Origin: Adineta vaga
Taxonomy: Eukaryota > Animalia > Rotifera
Assembly: GCA_021613535.1 (NCBI GenBank)
Contig: CP075495.1
Location: 14,942,001 to 15,006,000, forward strand
Length of the DNA: 64,000 nt
Reading direction: 5' to 3'
Part shown: positions 25,324 to 38,316 of the stretch, piece after piece
Layout of the letters: each line of letters starts with the position of its first letter
How positions within the stretch are numbered: the first letter of the stretch is position 1
Program-made: the position numbers and the translations under genes
The notes under the pieces: model-generated
The model's input: the letters and a program-made list of their open reading frames with translations, nothing else
The model's database searches: none
Told to the model about the DNA's origin: nothing

Positions 25324-26839
25324 ACAAACCATGATAGTTTTGATATAAATTGTACAGTTTAGTTTCTTTTTTATTTATATGAAATAAAATAAGAGCAAAT
25401 CATAAAAGAAAACAGTATCTTTATTGACAAAATAAGAAGTATCTTGAGACTAAATATTAGGAATTGTTCGATACAACTTAGGATTGTTGAAATTGAGCGT
25501 TCATACTCCTACATATAAAAAACAGAACAACCAAAAACTTCAGAAATGTTAGCACCATACTCGAGTATTTCTTGCTCTGGTTTTCGGGTGTGGATGAAGG
25601 TATAACTGTGTAGGTGTGTCTATATTCTCGTCCTCTGATTATTCTCTTGTAGATATATACGATTGGATGGTAATGATAAGTCTTCTCTATTTTTACTGTA
25701 TATTCATATACCGGGATACGATCTTCGAATATTTCTGTATATTAACATGAACGATTCTGTAAACAATGAGAGATGAAACTGATTTGGAAGTGAAATATGA
25801 AGCGTTGAGAAAGATTTTGAATCTCAACTTTGATTATGATATAACACACTATTATTATGACAAATTATAGTAAAATCAGAATAGTCCGAAAGAAATTTCT
25901 TTGGAAAGATTTCATATAAAATGCAGTTAAGTTTTCGTATTGTTTCCATTTGTCACGAATCCATGTGAGTTACTAGCTGTTTCATGCCGAGCATTGAACG
26001 TTTATTCAAGTATCGTTTTCTTACACCTGTTGAGCCTTTCATATTCCGTTCATTTGCCATTAAAAATGTATAATCCAATGAATCTCGTACTATTGTAATA
26101 GAGTCTATAAAATATCTATTCTCAATTGTATCATATAATAAATTGTTTGGCAAAGAATCTTATTCTATTTGAGAAAGATACTTTACATCGAAATATGACA
26201 TCTGTTTCTTTTTCTTCTATATACTCTTCATAGATAAAAGATCTCGAGAGATATATAATGACTTTTATGCGTTTGTTTTTCGATTTTTCATATCTGTTGA
26301 CCTTCATAAATCTTCTGCTTTCACCGAAAATACTAGTTATACAATTATACCATAGAATAGAATTATTTTCTCGAGGTTATGAATATAAATACTTCTATAC
26401 TTATTTGCATAGCATTTCATAAACTCATATCTTTTGTTAATCAAGAGATATCTATGTATGAGTAATATACATGAATATCAATAAGAATGAAAATAAGTGT
26501 AGAAGAGAATTCAATGAAACATCTTGGAAATGTTTTATCTTATATTAAAAGGCGAGTGATGCTTAAGTAAAAAGTACACATACATTCATCAGAATCAAAT
26601 AAATTTACGGATTTGAGAAAAACATCACGTAGACAAAAAAGTCAGCACGTTCGTATTTTTTTTTGATGATAGATGAATAACTGGTATGAATTATTAATCA
26701 TGGTAGATAGATACATTAGAAGAATGACGAATAACAAAAGATAATGTCAATCGAATATTGAAATACCTCGATGAAGTAGAATTGATTCAAGTATCTTTTT
26801 ATTCAATCAAATATTAATATATATGAAACAAACATAATT

Positions 26840-28105
26840 TTATTTCTCATTAACAACAGTTCCATTCGGAAGTATTGAACCTTTTAAAGAAGCTGCTTGT
26901 CTCAGTTGTTCTTCCGTAATAAGCGCATATCGAAAATCACTTTGAATAAACATCGCATTGGTTAAATCAGTATCGGTGAAATTCGTCGAATGAAATATAC
27001 ATTGTTCACATCGAATATGGTTCCACTTACTTTTAAATAGATATGCGCTAGTAAAATTCACTCGAATCAATACACCATATTTCATTGATGTTCCAATAAT
27101 TTGTGCATTATAAAACTTACTTTCTTCTATTTTTGTATAATCAAGTATTGCATAATTTAACCGAGCAAATTCAAATTGACAATGTTTAAAATATGTGTAA
27201 GTTCCATTAACACCATACATTGATGAACCATAAAAACTGACATGTTTACCAAATTTTGCTCTATGAAGACTAGCATTAGGTAATTCAACAAAATCGAACA
27301 TTGATTTTTCAATAGTTACATTGATCATATCTACTTTCCTCATACTAGAAAAACTAAAATTACATGAAACACATGACAATGAATCTAGATTTGCATTAAT
27401 CATTTCTGAGAATTCAAATGACACATCTTCATACATCGCATTCGAAAATGATGCAGATGTTAAATCAGTATGTTCAAAATATAATGAAGGATTATTTAAA
27501 CCAATAGTATTAAGCACTTCACGATTGAGAACATTATCACTAAAAGAAAAATCTGCATGACGAAGAATTGCTTTGTTTAATCTTGCTCCATGTAAACTAA
27601 CACGATGAAAATCAGCTCGAATCAAAATGGCACCTTCCAAATTGAAATGAATATATACCGGTCGAATACTTTGATCAGTTAAACATATATCAGTTAAATT
27701 GGCATAATCTAATGAGATTACTGGTAGATCAATTATTGAATTATAGGTGATTAATTTTGCATCATATAATAAACATAAAATAAATTTTCGACGAACAGGA
27801 TCGACTTGACTTAAAGCGGAAATCGTCGCAAAACGAGCAACTAATGAAGCAGATGAGGAACTATTTAAAAATAAACCATGTTTTTCAACTAATCGACTTA
27901 AAGTTTTTTGATATTCACGTAGAATGGCATCTTTTTGTATACCATCGGCTATTTCAAGATCTTGATTACGATTTCGTGAAGAAATTGCTAATTCTCGATT
28001 ATTTTCTAATATTGTATAAACAGTAATTGCAATTGGAATAGAAAATGTTACAATTAATTGAATCCATTCAAAATATGTTGGTCTATTCTTTCGATCTTCT
28101 GTCAT
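26840..28105 (-). CDS. Pentapeptide-repeat protein with N-terminal TM segment
   Basis: A(D/N)Lxx-type repeats (LEGAILIRADF, LHGARLNKAILRHADFS, TNFTDTDLTNAMF); ends SILPNGT; intronless. Confidence 0.88.
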   Translation of the reverse strand: MTEDRKNRPTYFEWIQLIVTFSIPIAITVYTILENNRELAISSRNRNQDLEIADGIQKDAILREYQKTLSRLVEKHGLFLNSSSSASLVARFATISALSQVDPVRRKFILCLLYDAKLITYNSIIDLPVISLDYANLTDICLTDQSIRPVYIHFNLEGAILIRADFHRVSLHGARLNKAILRHADFSFSDNVLNREVLNTIGLNNPSLYFEHTDLTSASFSNAMYEDVSFEFSEMINANLDSLSCVSCNFSFSSMRKVDMINVTIEKSMFDFVELPNASLHRAKFGKHVSFYGSSMYGVNGTYTYFKHCQFEFARLNYAILDYTKIEESKFYNAQIIGTSMKYGVLIRVNFTSAYLFKSKWNHIRCEQCIFHSTNFTDTDLTNAMFIQSDFRYALITEEQLRQAASLKGSILPNGTVVNEK

Positions 28106-28595
28106 TCTTTTGTTAAAATCTTATCGAAATAAAGTATTCTTATTAATTGAATATTCAATGAGACATTCTGATCAAATTTCTTTAACATATCAAATTTATA
28201 TTGACTTATATTCGTTTTTTCTCGATCAAACTATTACTTTTTTTAAAAAAAAAACATTTACTTATGTTTAGAGACATATTTGCAAAAAAATTATTTTATC
28301 AAACGTCATTGATGACGCATTACAATTATTGTATTCTTATCTGAATTTAATATAAATATACCTAAATTTTTTGCTTACATTCAAATAAACATCTGGTTAT
28401 TCTTTCAAAAGAATGTTCGAGATATTCTTAGAAATAACAATATCGTTATTGAATCTTAGTTATGTGTGTATGTGTTAACTCGAATAGAAATTTTTATCTA
28501 ATAATGTTTTTTATTTATTTAAAATAAAAATAATATATATATATATATATTCTGCTGGAATATTAAATTTGACATTTGAAAACAAAACGAATTTA

Positions 28596-28814
28596 CTATT
28601 CATGAGGTTTTCCACTATGTTCAGCAGTACAACCTGGTTTATCACAGCTTCCTCGTCGGACATTACTTGGAATGGGAGGAGTTAATGCATCACCTGAACT
28701 TGGATGCATTCCAAGTGTATTTGTAATCGAATTCATACCAGGTGGTGCTGCTTCAGTCGCGATTTTTGCATCCGAAATTGCAGCATTAACATCGCCGGTG
28801 GTTGATGAGGACAT
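28596..28814 (-). CDS. 72-aa low-complexity protein with C-terminal Cys/His motif
   Basis: GC-richer ORF in AT-rich flanks, with TATA-like and TGACGTAA elements upstream and AATAAA downstream on the minus strand. Confidence 0.6.
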   Translation of the reverse strand: MSSSTTGDVNAAISDAKIATEAAPPGMNSITNTLGMHPSSGDALTPPIPSNVRRGSCDKPGCTAEHSGKPHE

Positions 28815-29585
28815 TTCTCGTTTGTCGTATTTCTTTTTTTCGTTATTATTATGATGAATGATGTGTGTTTAACAGTAAAGGTATATAAAAGGATAAAAAG
28901 AAAACAGAACGAGAATAACAAATGTAAATATACTTGACGTAAGAAGAAAAAAATATTTCGTTTTTATATCTAATCAATGATTCATTTGTCCTATTCATCA
29001 AATCTCAGGTGCTTGTATATAATTATATCAATCGGAGGAAACTTCTAAATTAAGATGGTATCTTCATCCAGACGACCTCATCTGTAAATATCACTGTTCT
29101 TGTCAGAAAAGACTCATTCATCTTTAATCCTATCAATCAATGTTTACATTTCATGGCTAAATTTCTCGAAATTAATATCTGTACTACAATCCAGATATGC
29201 TAACAAATAAATCATTGACATAAAAGAAAAATGAAGACGAACGGAAAGAAATTAAATAGTAAAAGAATTTGTTTATTTCCCAATAATCGACTAGAGTGTT
29301 GTGAAGCACAATAAAAAGAGACGAATAGAAAAGAAAACAAAAGAGAAAGAAAGAAAAAGAGAAACCAACGAACAACGCGGAACAAAGAGAATACACAGAA
29401 TGATGCATGTCTAAGAAAGTGTTCACTTTTAAGGTTTTGAGATCACAAATTTTTGATATTTTTCTTTGTTTTCCTAGAAAGATTTGTGACCTGAGACAAA
29501 CATGACATTGAAAGTTTTGGCGGTGACATATACATACAAATGAGTATCAGACACAAGCCAAAAAATCGAAAGAAATACAAACAAT

Positions 29586-32500
29586 TCAAAGAATGTATGA
29601 GATGCTTAGAGCGAAGAAGAGAGAAGAGAAAAACATCCATGTCGTTTGAATAGATAAATTTGATGTTGTCGACGATCGTGGCTTATCACAATAAAGCCAT
29701 TCAGTGTTGATTGAACGAGGATAATCAAGGGCTGATTCCATACTTGTATCATTTAAACGCCAAAATTCTAAACCTTTAAAAAAATAGGTCGAACCTAAAA
29801 GAAAAAAAAAGGAAAATTTCTTTATTTTTCAATAGAATTATTGTTTATCTTTACCGCTTATATCGACAAAAGCATCATCCAATGGAATATCAATTCCTTG
29901 CCACATTGTCATATCTCTTGGATAATCATAGGTATTAACACGATTCCATCTTTCATCTAATGCCCAATAAAGATTACCAGAAACAAGATAAGCTTGACGA
30001 TTGAATGACCAAAGAAAAGCAGCATCAATATGATCAACGTGTGTTGGAAGACCAAGCGAAGTTAAATTACGTGGATAACTAAAACCATTACTTTCAATTG
30101 ATATTCTATTATCTTCAAAGATCCAATATTGACGACCTAATGAAAACATCGAAGAGATTTTCTTTTCAAAAGAACAAAAACAAAAGTAAAGTCTTGTTTT
30201 ACCTGAAAAAAGCATTAAACGACCATCGGCACGTTCGTAAGCTGCATCAATTTTATTTAAATTTTCAGGTAATCCTAACCAAAATGCATTATTAATCATT
30301 GGGGATAAGGGATCTAAACCACGTCGATCATATTGCCAAAAATACTAAATAAGATGAAGACAGAACTAAATAGTTTTGTATAACAGAATGAGGCAAACTT
30401 TACTTGTCCTTTAAAAATAAATAGAACTCCTTTATACATTGTTATCGCATCATAAAATCCATCACATAAATCTAGTTTAGAACGATCTATTCGATTGATT
30501 TGACTTTGATGTGTTGAGGTTTTCATTCGTGAACGTGTTATGTGAGAAGTAGTATATCGATTGATTGTTGTCGTCGTCGTCATCGTTGTTATTGATGATT
30601 CATTAAAAGAAGATATTGTTGTTATTGGACTTGTTACTAATGTTGTTTCAATGGTTGTTATAGGAGTTGTCGTTGTCGTTGTTGTTTGAATTTCATCGGT
30701 TGTCGATATTTCTGATGTTAGTGTCGTTGCTGTTGTTGTTATATTATCATAAGATTCGTTTGCGGTTTTATCTGAGTCAGGTGCTACAATTCCTGATGGA
30801 GGATCTAAAAATATCACAGATTATCCTAAATTTAACTAATTCATTTTTATTAACCTCCATAAAGCCTACGAATAGCAGCAATATCATCATTATGTAATTT
30901 AATATTATTTGAATAACCACGATAATAAGGGAACATAATTGCATCGGGAATATTTGAATGCATTAAACCTAATGAATGTCCTAATTCATGAACTGTTACT
31001 GAGAATAAATCCACTAAAATCGAAGAAGAAAAAAAGCGAAACTTGTTAATAAAATATTCATTCATTTTGTTCCATATTTACTTAAACCATATTCAAGTTC
31101 ACGATAAGCTGACCAATCTTCATCTTCATCATAATGTACATCTCCTCCGAGATGTTCTTCTGGATAAAAAGCATGAGCTAAAACTGAACCTAGAAAAACA
31201 ATTCAACTGTAGGCAATAAGACATCTTTCATTTAAATATTTACCTTTGCCATCAAATTGATATCCATCTTCATGATAACCTTGAGCAAATAAAAATTCAA
31301 TATCGGGATGTTCTTGTTCATTCGCTTGACGAAATCTTAATTGACTTGGATACGACCAAATTAATAAAGCATCATAAATCGCTCGTTCAACTAATTCGCG
31401 CGACATATCAGTCGTATAATTCATAATTCTGAATTCGAAGAAAAAGAAAAAAGAAGCGGTTAAACTATTTTTCATTTTTTCTTTAATTTCATTTCTATGA
31501 ATTTACAAAACGAAAAGACACGTAGTATTTATGATATTTCTCCTCATGAAAATGTCGGTGATACATCAATAAGAAATCAAACAAGATCGATTGATCATCA
31601 AAATCTTTTCGAAAATTTTCATGAAGATTTCATTGACTTACGAAGTAAACCTTCGAAATCTCTTCATTTTTCTCCGTTATTAAATTCTATTTGTTTAAAA
31701 TTGTTTAATGATAATTCTTATCCAATACTTTTTAAATTAAAAACAACTCAACCAGATATAATTGCTTCTCAACCAGCTCGTGGTTTTATTCCATCGAATT
31801 CCTTTATTCAATGTTATTTAACTCCTATTGAAATGAAATCGGACATTTTACTTGTTGTTCAATATGCTCAAATCTTAAATCAATATGATGATTATTTAAC
31901 TCAATGGAAAAATCTCAAATCAGATCATATTCATATAAAAAAATTTCAATGTTTTTTTCTCTCTGAAAAAACTCTTTCAAAAAGACAAACGCTTTTCAAA
32001 CCGATCGTATTTACATTAGCAACACTCACTCTTCTAACAACATTTATTTATTTTAGAAATAAATAATTTCTTGTTTAGTCTTGAAAAAACTTACTTATAG
32101 GTTAAATAGGTTTTCGCCCATTTTTGTCCTTGTAAAACATAACGTCGGTGACGACGATTACCAACGACATGAGGACGGGGGAGACGATTAGTGTCTTGAT
32201 CAGCTAGACCACATCGAGGACGTCGAATTAAATCAAGCGTTGATTTGTCCAATTTACCCTAAACAACGATAATAATAATATTAAGATTAATGAAACAATA
32301 ATAAGCAAATTTACAGTCACAGGAATTGTTGCATATGTTTGTAAACGTCGAATTGCTGAACGAAATTCTTCATCAGTTCGCATTGCTCGAGTTTCCAAAT
32401 CAGAACGTGGTAAATAACCATAATTACTTAAGTATGTATGCTTCGAAAATATCAATGAAGAAAATAGAAGATTTTTATTGACGAAGATGTCAACTTACTA

Positions 32501-32693
32501 ATTCACCTAGTACAGCTCTGTTCTTGTCGTCAAATATCGAATGTCTTCGATCTTTTTTCATTAATTTTTCTCTTGATGTCGTGAATTCTCGTTGATCGTT
32601 ATCGAAATAAACAGATCTTGAATTGACTAATCCGACGAGAAGAACAACGACGACAAATAGTTGACAATCGAAGACGATCAAGCCACAGGGCAT
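29586..32693 (-). CDS. Matrix metalloproteinase, GPI-anchored type (Mmp2/MT4-MMP-like), multi-exon
   Basis: Signal peptide; YLSNYGYL; cysteine switch PRCGLAD; furin-like [10 protein letters not shown]; HAFYP; [12 protein letters not shown] and Met-turn AIMFP; Thr-rich hinge; hemopexin repeats; terminal hydrophobic [17 protein letters not shown]. Confidence 0.93.
31497..32066 (+). CDS. MSP-domain (VAP-like) tail-anchored protein nested antisense in an MMP intron
   Basis: [26 protein letters not shown] resembles the MSP signature FKvKTTxP..P..G; C-terminal [23 protein letters not shown]; lies within intron 31429-32094. Confidence 0.72.
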   Translation: MNLQNEKTRSIYDISPHENVGDTSIRNQTRSIDHQNLFENFHEDFIDLRSKPSKSLHFSPLLNSICLKLFNDNSYPILFKLKTTQPDIIASQPARGFIPSNSFIQCYLTPIEMKSDILLVVQYAQILNQYDDYLTQWKNLKSDHIHIKKFQCFFLSEKTLSKRQTLFKPIVFTLATLTLLTTFIYFRNK

Positions 32694-35600
32694 AGTCACT
32701 ACTGAAGTCTAAGTAGTGCATCACCACTATTGACCAAACATGTCCACTTGTCTCTTTCTATACGATGAATAAATACAAAATGATTATCTATTAATTAAGA
32801 AATGTATATCATCGAAATAATCTGAAGATATTCTAGTTTTTGATTTGACCTTAATCTCAGATTTGCTCTGCTTTCTGTTTCCCATTGCAATCTGTTTTTA
32901 CTTTCCTTTTGATTAACCTTGATACACACGCGTACATACAACGAACAGATCTAATCATTTGGGAAATATTTTCATCATTTAGATTCATTACAACTATCAT
33001 TTCTTCATTTCATTTCTTCTTTGTCACTCTCTCTCACTCACTCACATATAATATAATCGAAATCATACAATTTAATTTACTAAACCGGACATTCATCCCA
33101 ATAAATCTGAACAATCACTTTCTTTCTTTTCTTAATACCTCTAAACGAACAACTCAATCACAAATATGTCTAACCTTCATGAAAAAAAAAGAAGAAAAAA
33201 ATCTATTTCTATAGTTCATTTATTCAACCAAATCCATTCAGAAATAAAAACATTTGTCAAACATCAAGGAGAAATATTCAATCTTCTATTCATCTTAACA
33301 ACAACGAAAAAAAAAACAAACAAAATACACACTACTTACTTCTTAACTAATCTCTATGACAAAATCTTCACTTTATTTCTCCTATCGGAAAAAGAAATTT
33401 CCTTTACCTGAGAAAATGTCTGAACAAATATAAATAGGAAACTGATATGAATGATACTTATTCTCCTAATAGCTCTTGATTTCTATCTAAACGAGTGCAT
33501 TTGTTTTGTATAATGTATCACCATTTTGTGTCGAGTCACGTCTCATAGCAAATATTTTCCTGTTTTTTTTCTGCTTCTTTTAATACTATCTCTCTTTCAC
33601 TTGCTCACCCGTTCGCCTTCTCTTTTCTGTGTCTATTTTATTACTAATCGACAAGCGATTCCTTCGAGACAGATACTAAAAACGCCGACTCGTACGCATA
33701 GCATGTCTCTTACTAAATTATGATCACACGCGCAACATTGAGCATACTATTTGATCCAACAAAACAACTAATAATTGTTAGTTTTGCTAGTAGAATACAA
33801 AGAGTCAGTGTAGTAGTAATACCCGCCTTTTTCTTCTTCTTCTTCTTCTTCGAATCGTTAATTTGATGAGAGAGAGGAAAAGAAGAAAAAAAAAGAACTA
33901 ACGCCGCAAGTCGACTATCATTCAAGGTCATTCGAACGTTTTCTCTCTTCTGATTATGTGCACTATTATATGTTCATTGAAAGAAAAGAAAGAATAAAGG
34001 CGAAGTTCATAACTATTTATGCAATGCTGACGACAAGTCTTATCTATTTCCTTTTTATGCTTTGATTTCTATGGAATTTTCACACACTCATCAATCTCTT
34101 TAACGAAGAATGACGAAAGAAAGAAATTGTTCTTTAGATTTATATTAATTTAATGGATCGTTTTCGTTTTTCTCATTTGTCAATCAATCAAACAAAAGAA
34201 AAAAAATGAACTATGATTTCTTCTCCATAGTATCTTTTGTGTACAAACGAGAAGTGGCTACAGGCAAAGATCTAATTGAACTTATCGACAACTAAAGTGA
34301 CTATCTGAATAAAATTTTCTTTTGAAATCAATTTTGACGAGATGATTGTTTCATTTCTTCTAATAAATACTACATATACTCATTAGATCAATCTCTTACC
34401 TAACTTGATTCTTTTCTATCCATTGTATAGAATAATAATTTCTTTCAATCACAAAGAGAGAAAGAGAAAGAGAAAGAGAAATCTAACTATTAACTGTATT
34501 CGTTAATAACATAATAATCTACTGATAATTGACCTTTTTTTCTGTAACGGTCCACCAATAACATTGACCTGTATGGTAAAACAATCATTACATTTACCTT
34601 TTCATATGAAAAAAAAAGAAATAAAGATATAAACAGTTCTATGCGACAGTAACAAGGTCAAAAAACGAAAAAGAGAAAAAAGGAGAAATCGAGGTTGACT
34701 ATTTGAACTGTATGATTTTTGAGATTAGAGAAGAATGAAAGAGGAAAAAGAAAAGGAGAAACCAAGACGAAATGATTTTATGATCAAATTTCTCTTTCAA
34801 CTAATCAAATGAGAAAATATTTCTAAATCCGATTAGATCTGCGTTTTTCTTTTTCTATGTGCATCGATGCATTTTTTCTTCTTCTTCTTCTTCTTTTATT
34901 CCATGTGAACACACATATTGTTTCAATATCTATATTTTTATGATAACGAGTATTTTGCTTAGAGATGATATTTGCATAATCTCCAAATATACGAATGTAT
35001 GCCTACTGTTTTTATAATGATTAGGATGACTGTATAAATTGATCAACTATTATGTTATGATGCTAACTACATCAGTGCTCTTGACCTTCATTTGTATTCA
35101 GTTGTTGTATTATTTTGAATGCTTTCAGATGATTAATATTTTATAAAAAAAAAAAGAAAATGAAAAAGAAAAGGTAGAATTCTCTTTTCCTTAGTTGAAT
35201 TGCTGACAGATTTCACCTGAAGCAAGAAAACTGATCAGTGATACATATCTATCTAGTTGATAAAAGGTTATTCAATAAATATCTATCTATTGACTAGGAT
35301 GAAACTCTATTCTAGAATTACAGTATTTATTAAACAACGAAAGAGAAAGTCAAATGTCAACAGATGTTACATGATGAATATGCCTACCGGAGAATGATTG
35401 AGACAAACGGGCGATTATTAATCGATTTAATTGTTTCGTTTGTTATCTTCTTTGAAATAGAATAGAGAAAGACGTATTCAAGGTTATTGAATTGTTAAAT
35501 AGTCTCTTCTACAGTTACTCGTCGCACAAATACATTCATTCACACACTCATACGAGCAATCATTACGAAAGAACCGAATAAGAAGAGAGAGAGAGTATGT

Positions 35601-37341
35601 GTGCAGAATTGCGTAGCTATGAAGTTTTTCTCTGTCTCTCTCTTGCTTTCTCTTATCTTTCTCTTATTTCTATATCCACTTTCTTTCTGTCTCTCTCATT
35701 TTTTCTTCTACTTTGCCAAACCGCAAAATGTGTAGCTGTCTATATAGTTGTTGTTGTTATTCTTACTACTACACTACGACTGGGTGATGATGATGATGAA
35801 AAGAAGAGAGAAAAAAAAAGAATGATTAGCAGACAGTCTTACGACAGCAAGCGAGAAGAACAGGAAGACAAGGCTTTTTTTGTTACATTTCAACTTCTAC
35901 TTCACATTGAAGGTTTTCTTGTCTGTCTCAAACGATTTGTTTTTCTTGAGTTTTTGCTATTTAAAAAAGATCTAATTTCGTTTGAAAGAAAAGTAAATCT
36001 CAAGTTTACATGCATCAATGTCTATCAATCAGTTGTCATCAATTAAAGAACTTGAACGAGAAAAACGAATGGCGCTTAAAGATTTTTTGTGGTTGATATG
36101 TTATTTGATTCTTTTGTTTATTTTTCTTGAAAAAAAGAAAATGTTAAAACTTACTATAGACGCGTTCGCTTTCAATCTTATGTTTCTGTTCCACGGCAAA
36201 GTAAGTGTGAATGTCAATCAAAAGAATAACAAATGATGTAAAAAGAAAAAGAAGAAAAAAAAGATTTTATAGTTTGAAGTATAAGCAGTATGAAATGAAG
36301 AAACATTTCTTTTTTTTCTCTCTACTTCGTCTTCTCGTCGTGTCAATCCTCGCTAAAGAATAGATGAAGCCACTCAGACGATGTCAGGCGAAAGTGTAAT
36401 CATAGCAAAATATTAATGGTATATTTTATTCGAATAAGAAGAAAATCTTCTTAGAAACCTGTCAATGATTTTTTTGATGAACATAAATCATTATTTGTTT
36501 GTTTGTAAATTTTAGTCTTATCTATATTACAACGGAGAAAACTCATTCTCTTTGTCGTTGATTGAGAAATTGAATGTTAAATTTCTAATAGTTAGTCAAA
36601 TATGTCTATATGATGGAAATGATTTTTGACGCAATCAAACCGATTAAAATAATTTTATTATTATACAATCGTTCTGTTCTTTGATTTAGTCTCGAATGAT
36701 GAAGATTAATAATCCATTCGTAATCTCGGAATAGAGAACAGATTTGTGCAAATAACATTTATCAAATTTACTCATTTTCATGATGAAATCAATCATCTTC
36801 TATTAAAAGAATTATTAATCAAAAGCAAAAAAATCATATTTCTACCTTGTCGATATTGATATTCAATCACATTTGATGCTTGATGTGGATAGGGAGTGAT
36901 TATCCAACAGATAAGTAAACTAAACACAGTAAAAAAAGGCAAAAGAATCGACATAATGATAATCAATTGTTCTCCACAATCAATTTGTTCAGGAAATGTT
37001 TCTGAAAAAAAATAATATTGACATGTGTTGAATAGGAGAAGTTCTTTATTGACAACAAACCCATTCAATTCAATTGCATACATTATATGAATAAGAGAAA
37101 AACGAGGGAAAATTATTTCTTAAACAAAATTTTCTTATAACATCAGTTATTTTTAAAAATAACTAAATAAAAACTATATTTATATGACAATATATTATTT
37201 TTATAAACGTACTGAAGCTCCCTCGCACTCCTATACCTATTTCCGCTCAGTTATGTGAGTAGTTTATGGTAAAGTTTTCAGCCCGATACGACAACATTTA
37301 ACCAGGATATGAATCCGACAAGGGTCAAAAAGCGACTCATC

Positions 37342-37650
37342 TTTTGTCCAATATTTCTCATCCTGGAATCGATGAAGTTTTTTTGTTAGAAAGAGCATGG
37401 TAAGATGTGGAACACCACAGAGTCTTTTTTTTAAATAATATTTTTTATGGAAAACAGATGATCGCAAATTAAATGACTCGAAAAAGGCGCTAAAAATGGC
37501 TATCAAATTGTTTAATTATTTGTATATATAATGGATAAAAGCTTAATTTAAAAAACGGACTCTGTGGTGCACTGCATCTCAACATGCTCTTTCCAACAAA
37601 AAAAAATCATTTATGTTGAACGATTCTAGACGGAGAAATGTTGGACAAAA
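37342..37650. repeat. Imperfect long inverted repeat (arms about 100 bp, spacer about 110 bp), probable TE remnant
   Basis: 37381-37437 (..GAAAGAGCATGGTAAGATGTGGAACACCACAGAGTC..) is the reverse complement of 37547-37605 (..GACTCTGTGGTGCACTGCATCTCAACATGCTCTTTC..); the match extends to TTTTGTCCAA/TTGGACAAAA. Confidence 0.8.
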
Positions 37651-38316
37651 TATTCAAAAAACTACAAATCGAGAAAAAACGAAAACGCATATTTTTTCCA
37701 CCGAAATCATCAAAAATTTTGATGAAAAATGTGTTAATAAATTGAAAATGATGTTGTTTCTGAAAAATCTAAAGATGAGCTATCTTCCCATGCATTTATC
37801 TCAATTTCGAAAATTTTGATCAGAATGAGGATACATATAGGAAGAAAGTTAAAAATGAAGTAAATGATTCATTTATTATTTGTCCTTAATAAAAATTCTT
37901 TTGTACTGTGTTTCATAATGTAAGGACATCAAAATAAAGAAAAGTAGAAGGTAAGATATTACAAATAGTATTTCAAAGTGACACTATACTGTAATATCAT
38001 ATAGTTATGGACATAGTTATTAATATCCACGAAAATCGTCAAGATTCCTAACATCGTAGTTTCTTTAATGAAGGAAAGAAATATATGAACTTTGAGTAAT
38101 GTAACTATATTGATGATTTACATCATGAAAGACATGAAATATTTCAAAAAGAACTTTAAACTATTCAAACAAATCTGAAAGATGTTTATATAGTGACAAA
38201 ATCTCTACGTATATCCATTCATTGTTTATTTATCATCAAAAGTGCAACAAATATAATTAGAAAAATATAATAAAAAAAGTCTGTAATGAAATTTATTATT
38301 AAATATGAATAGTTAA

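Larger units (their letters stand above)
23535..25393 (+). repeat. Direct duplication of an approx. 590-bp unit (promoter + micro-gene + 3'UTR), offset 1267 bp
   Basis: About 23535-24127 aligns nearly base for base with about 24802-25393. Confidence 0.95.

Noticed and set aside
32885-37083. Multiple Phe/Leu/Lys-rich ORFs upstream of the MMP
   Set aside because: Low-complexity products of poly-T/poly-A and CT/GA tracts; more likely UTR introns and regulatory DNA.
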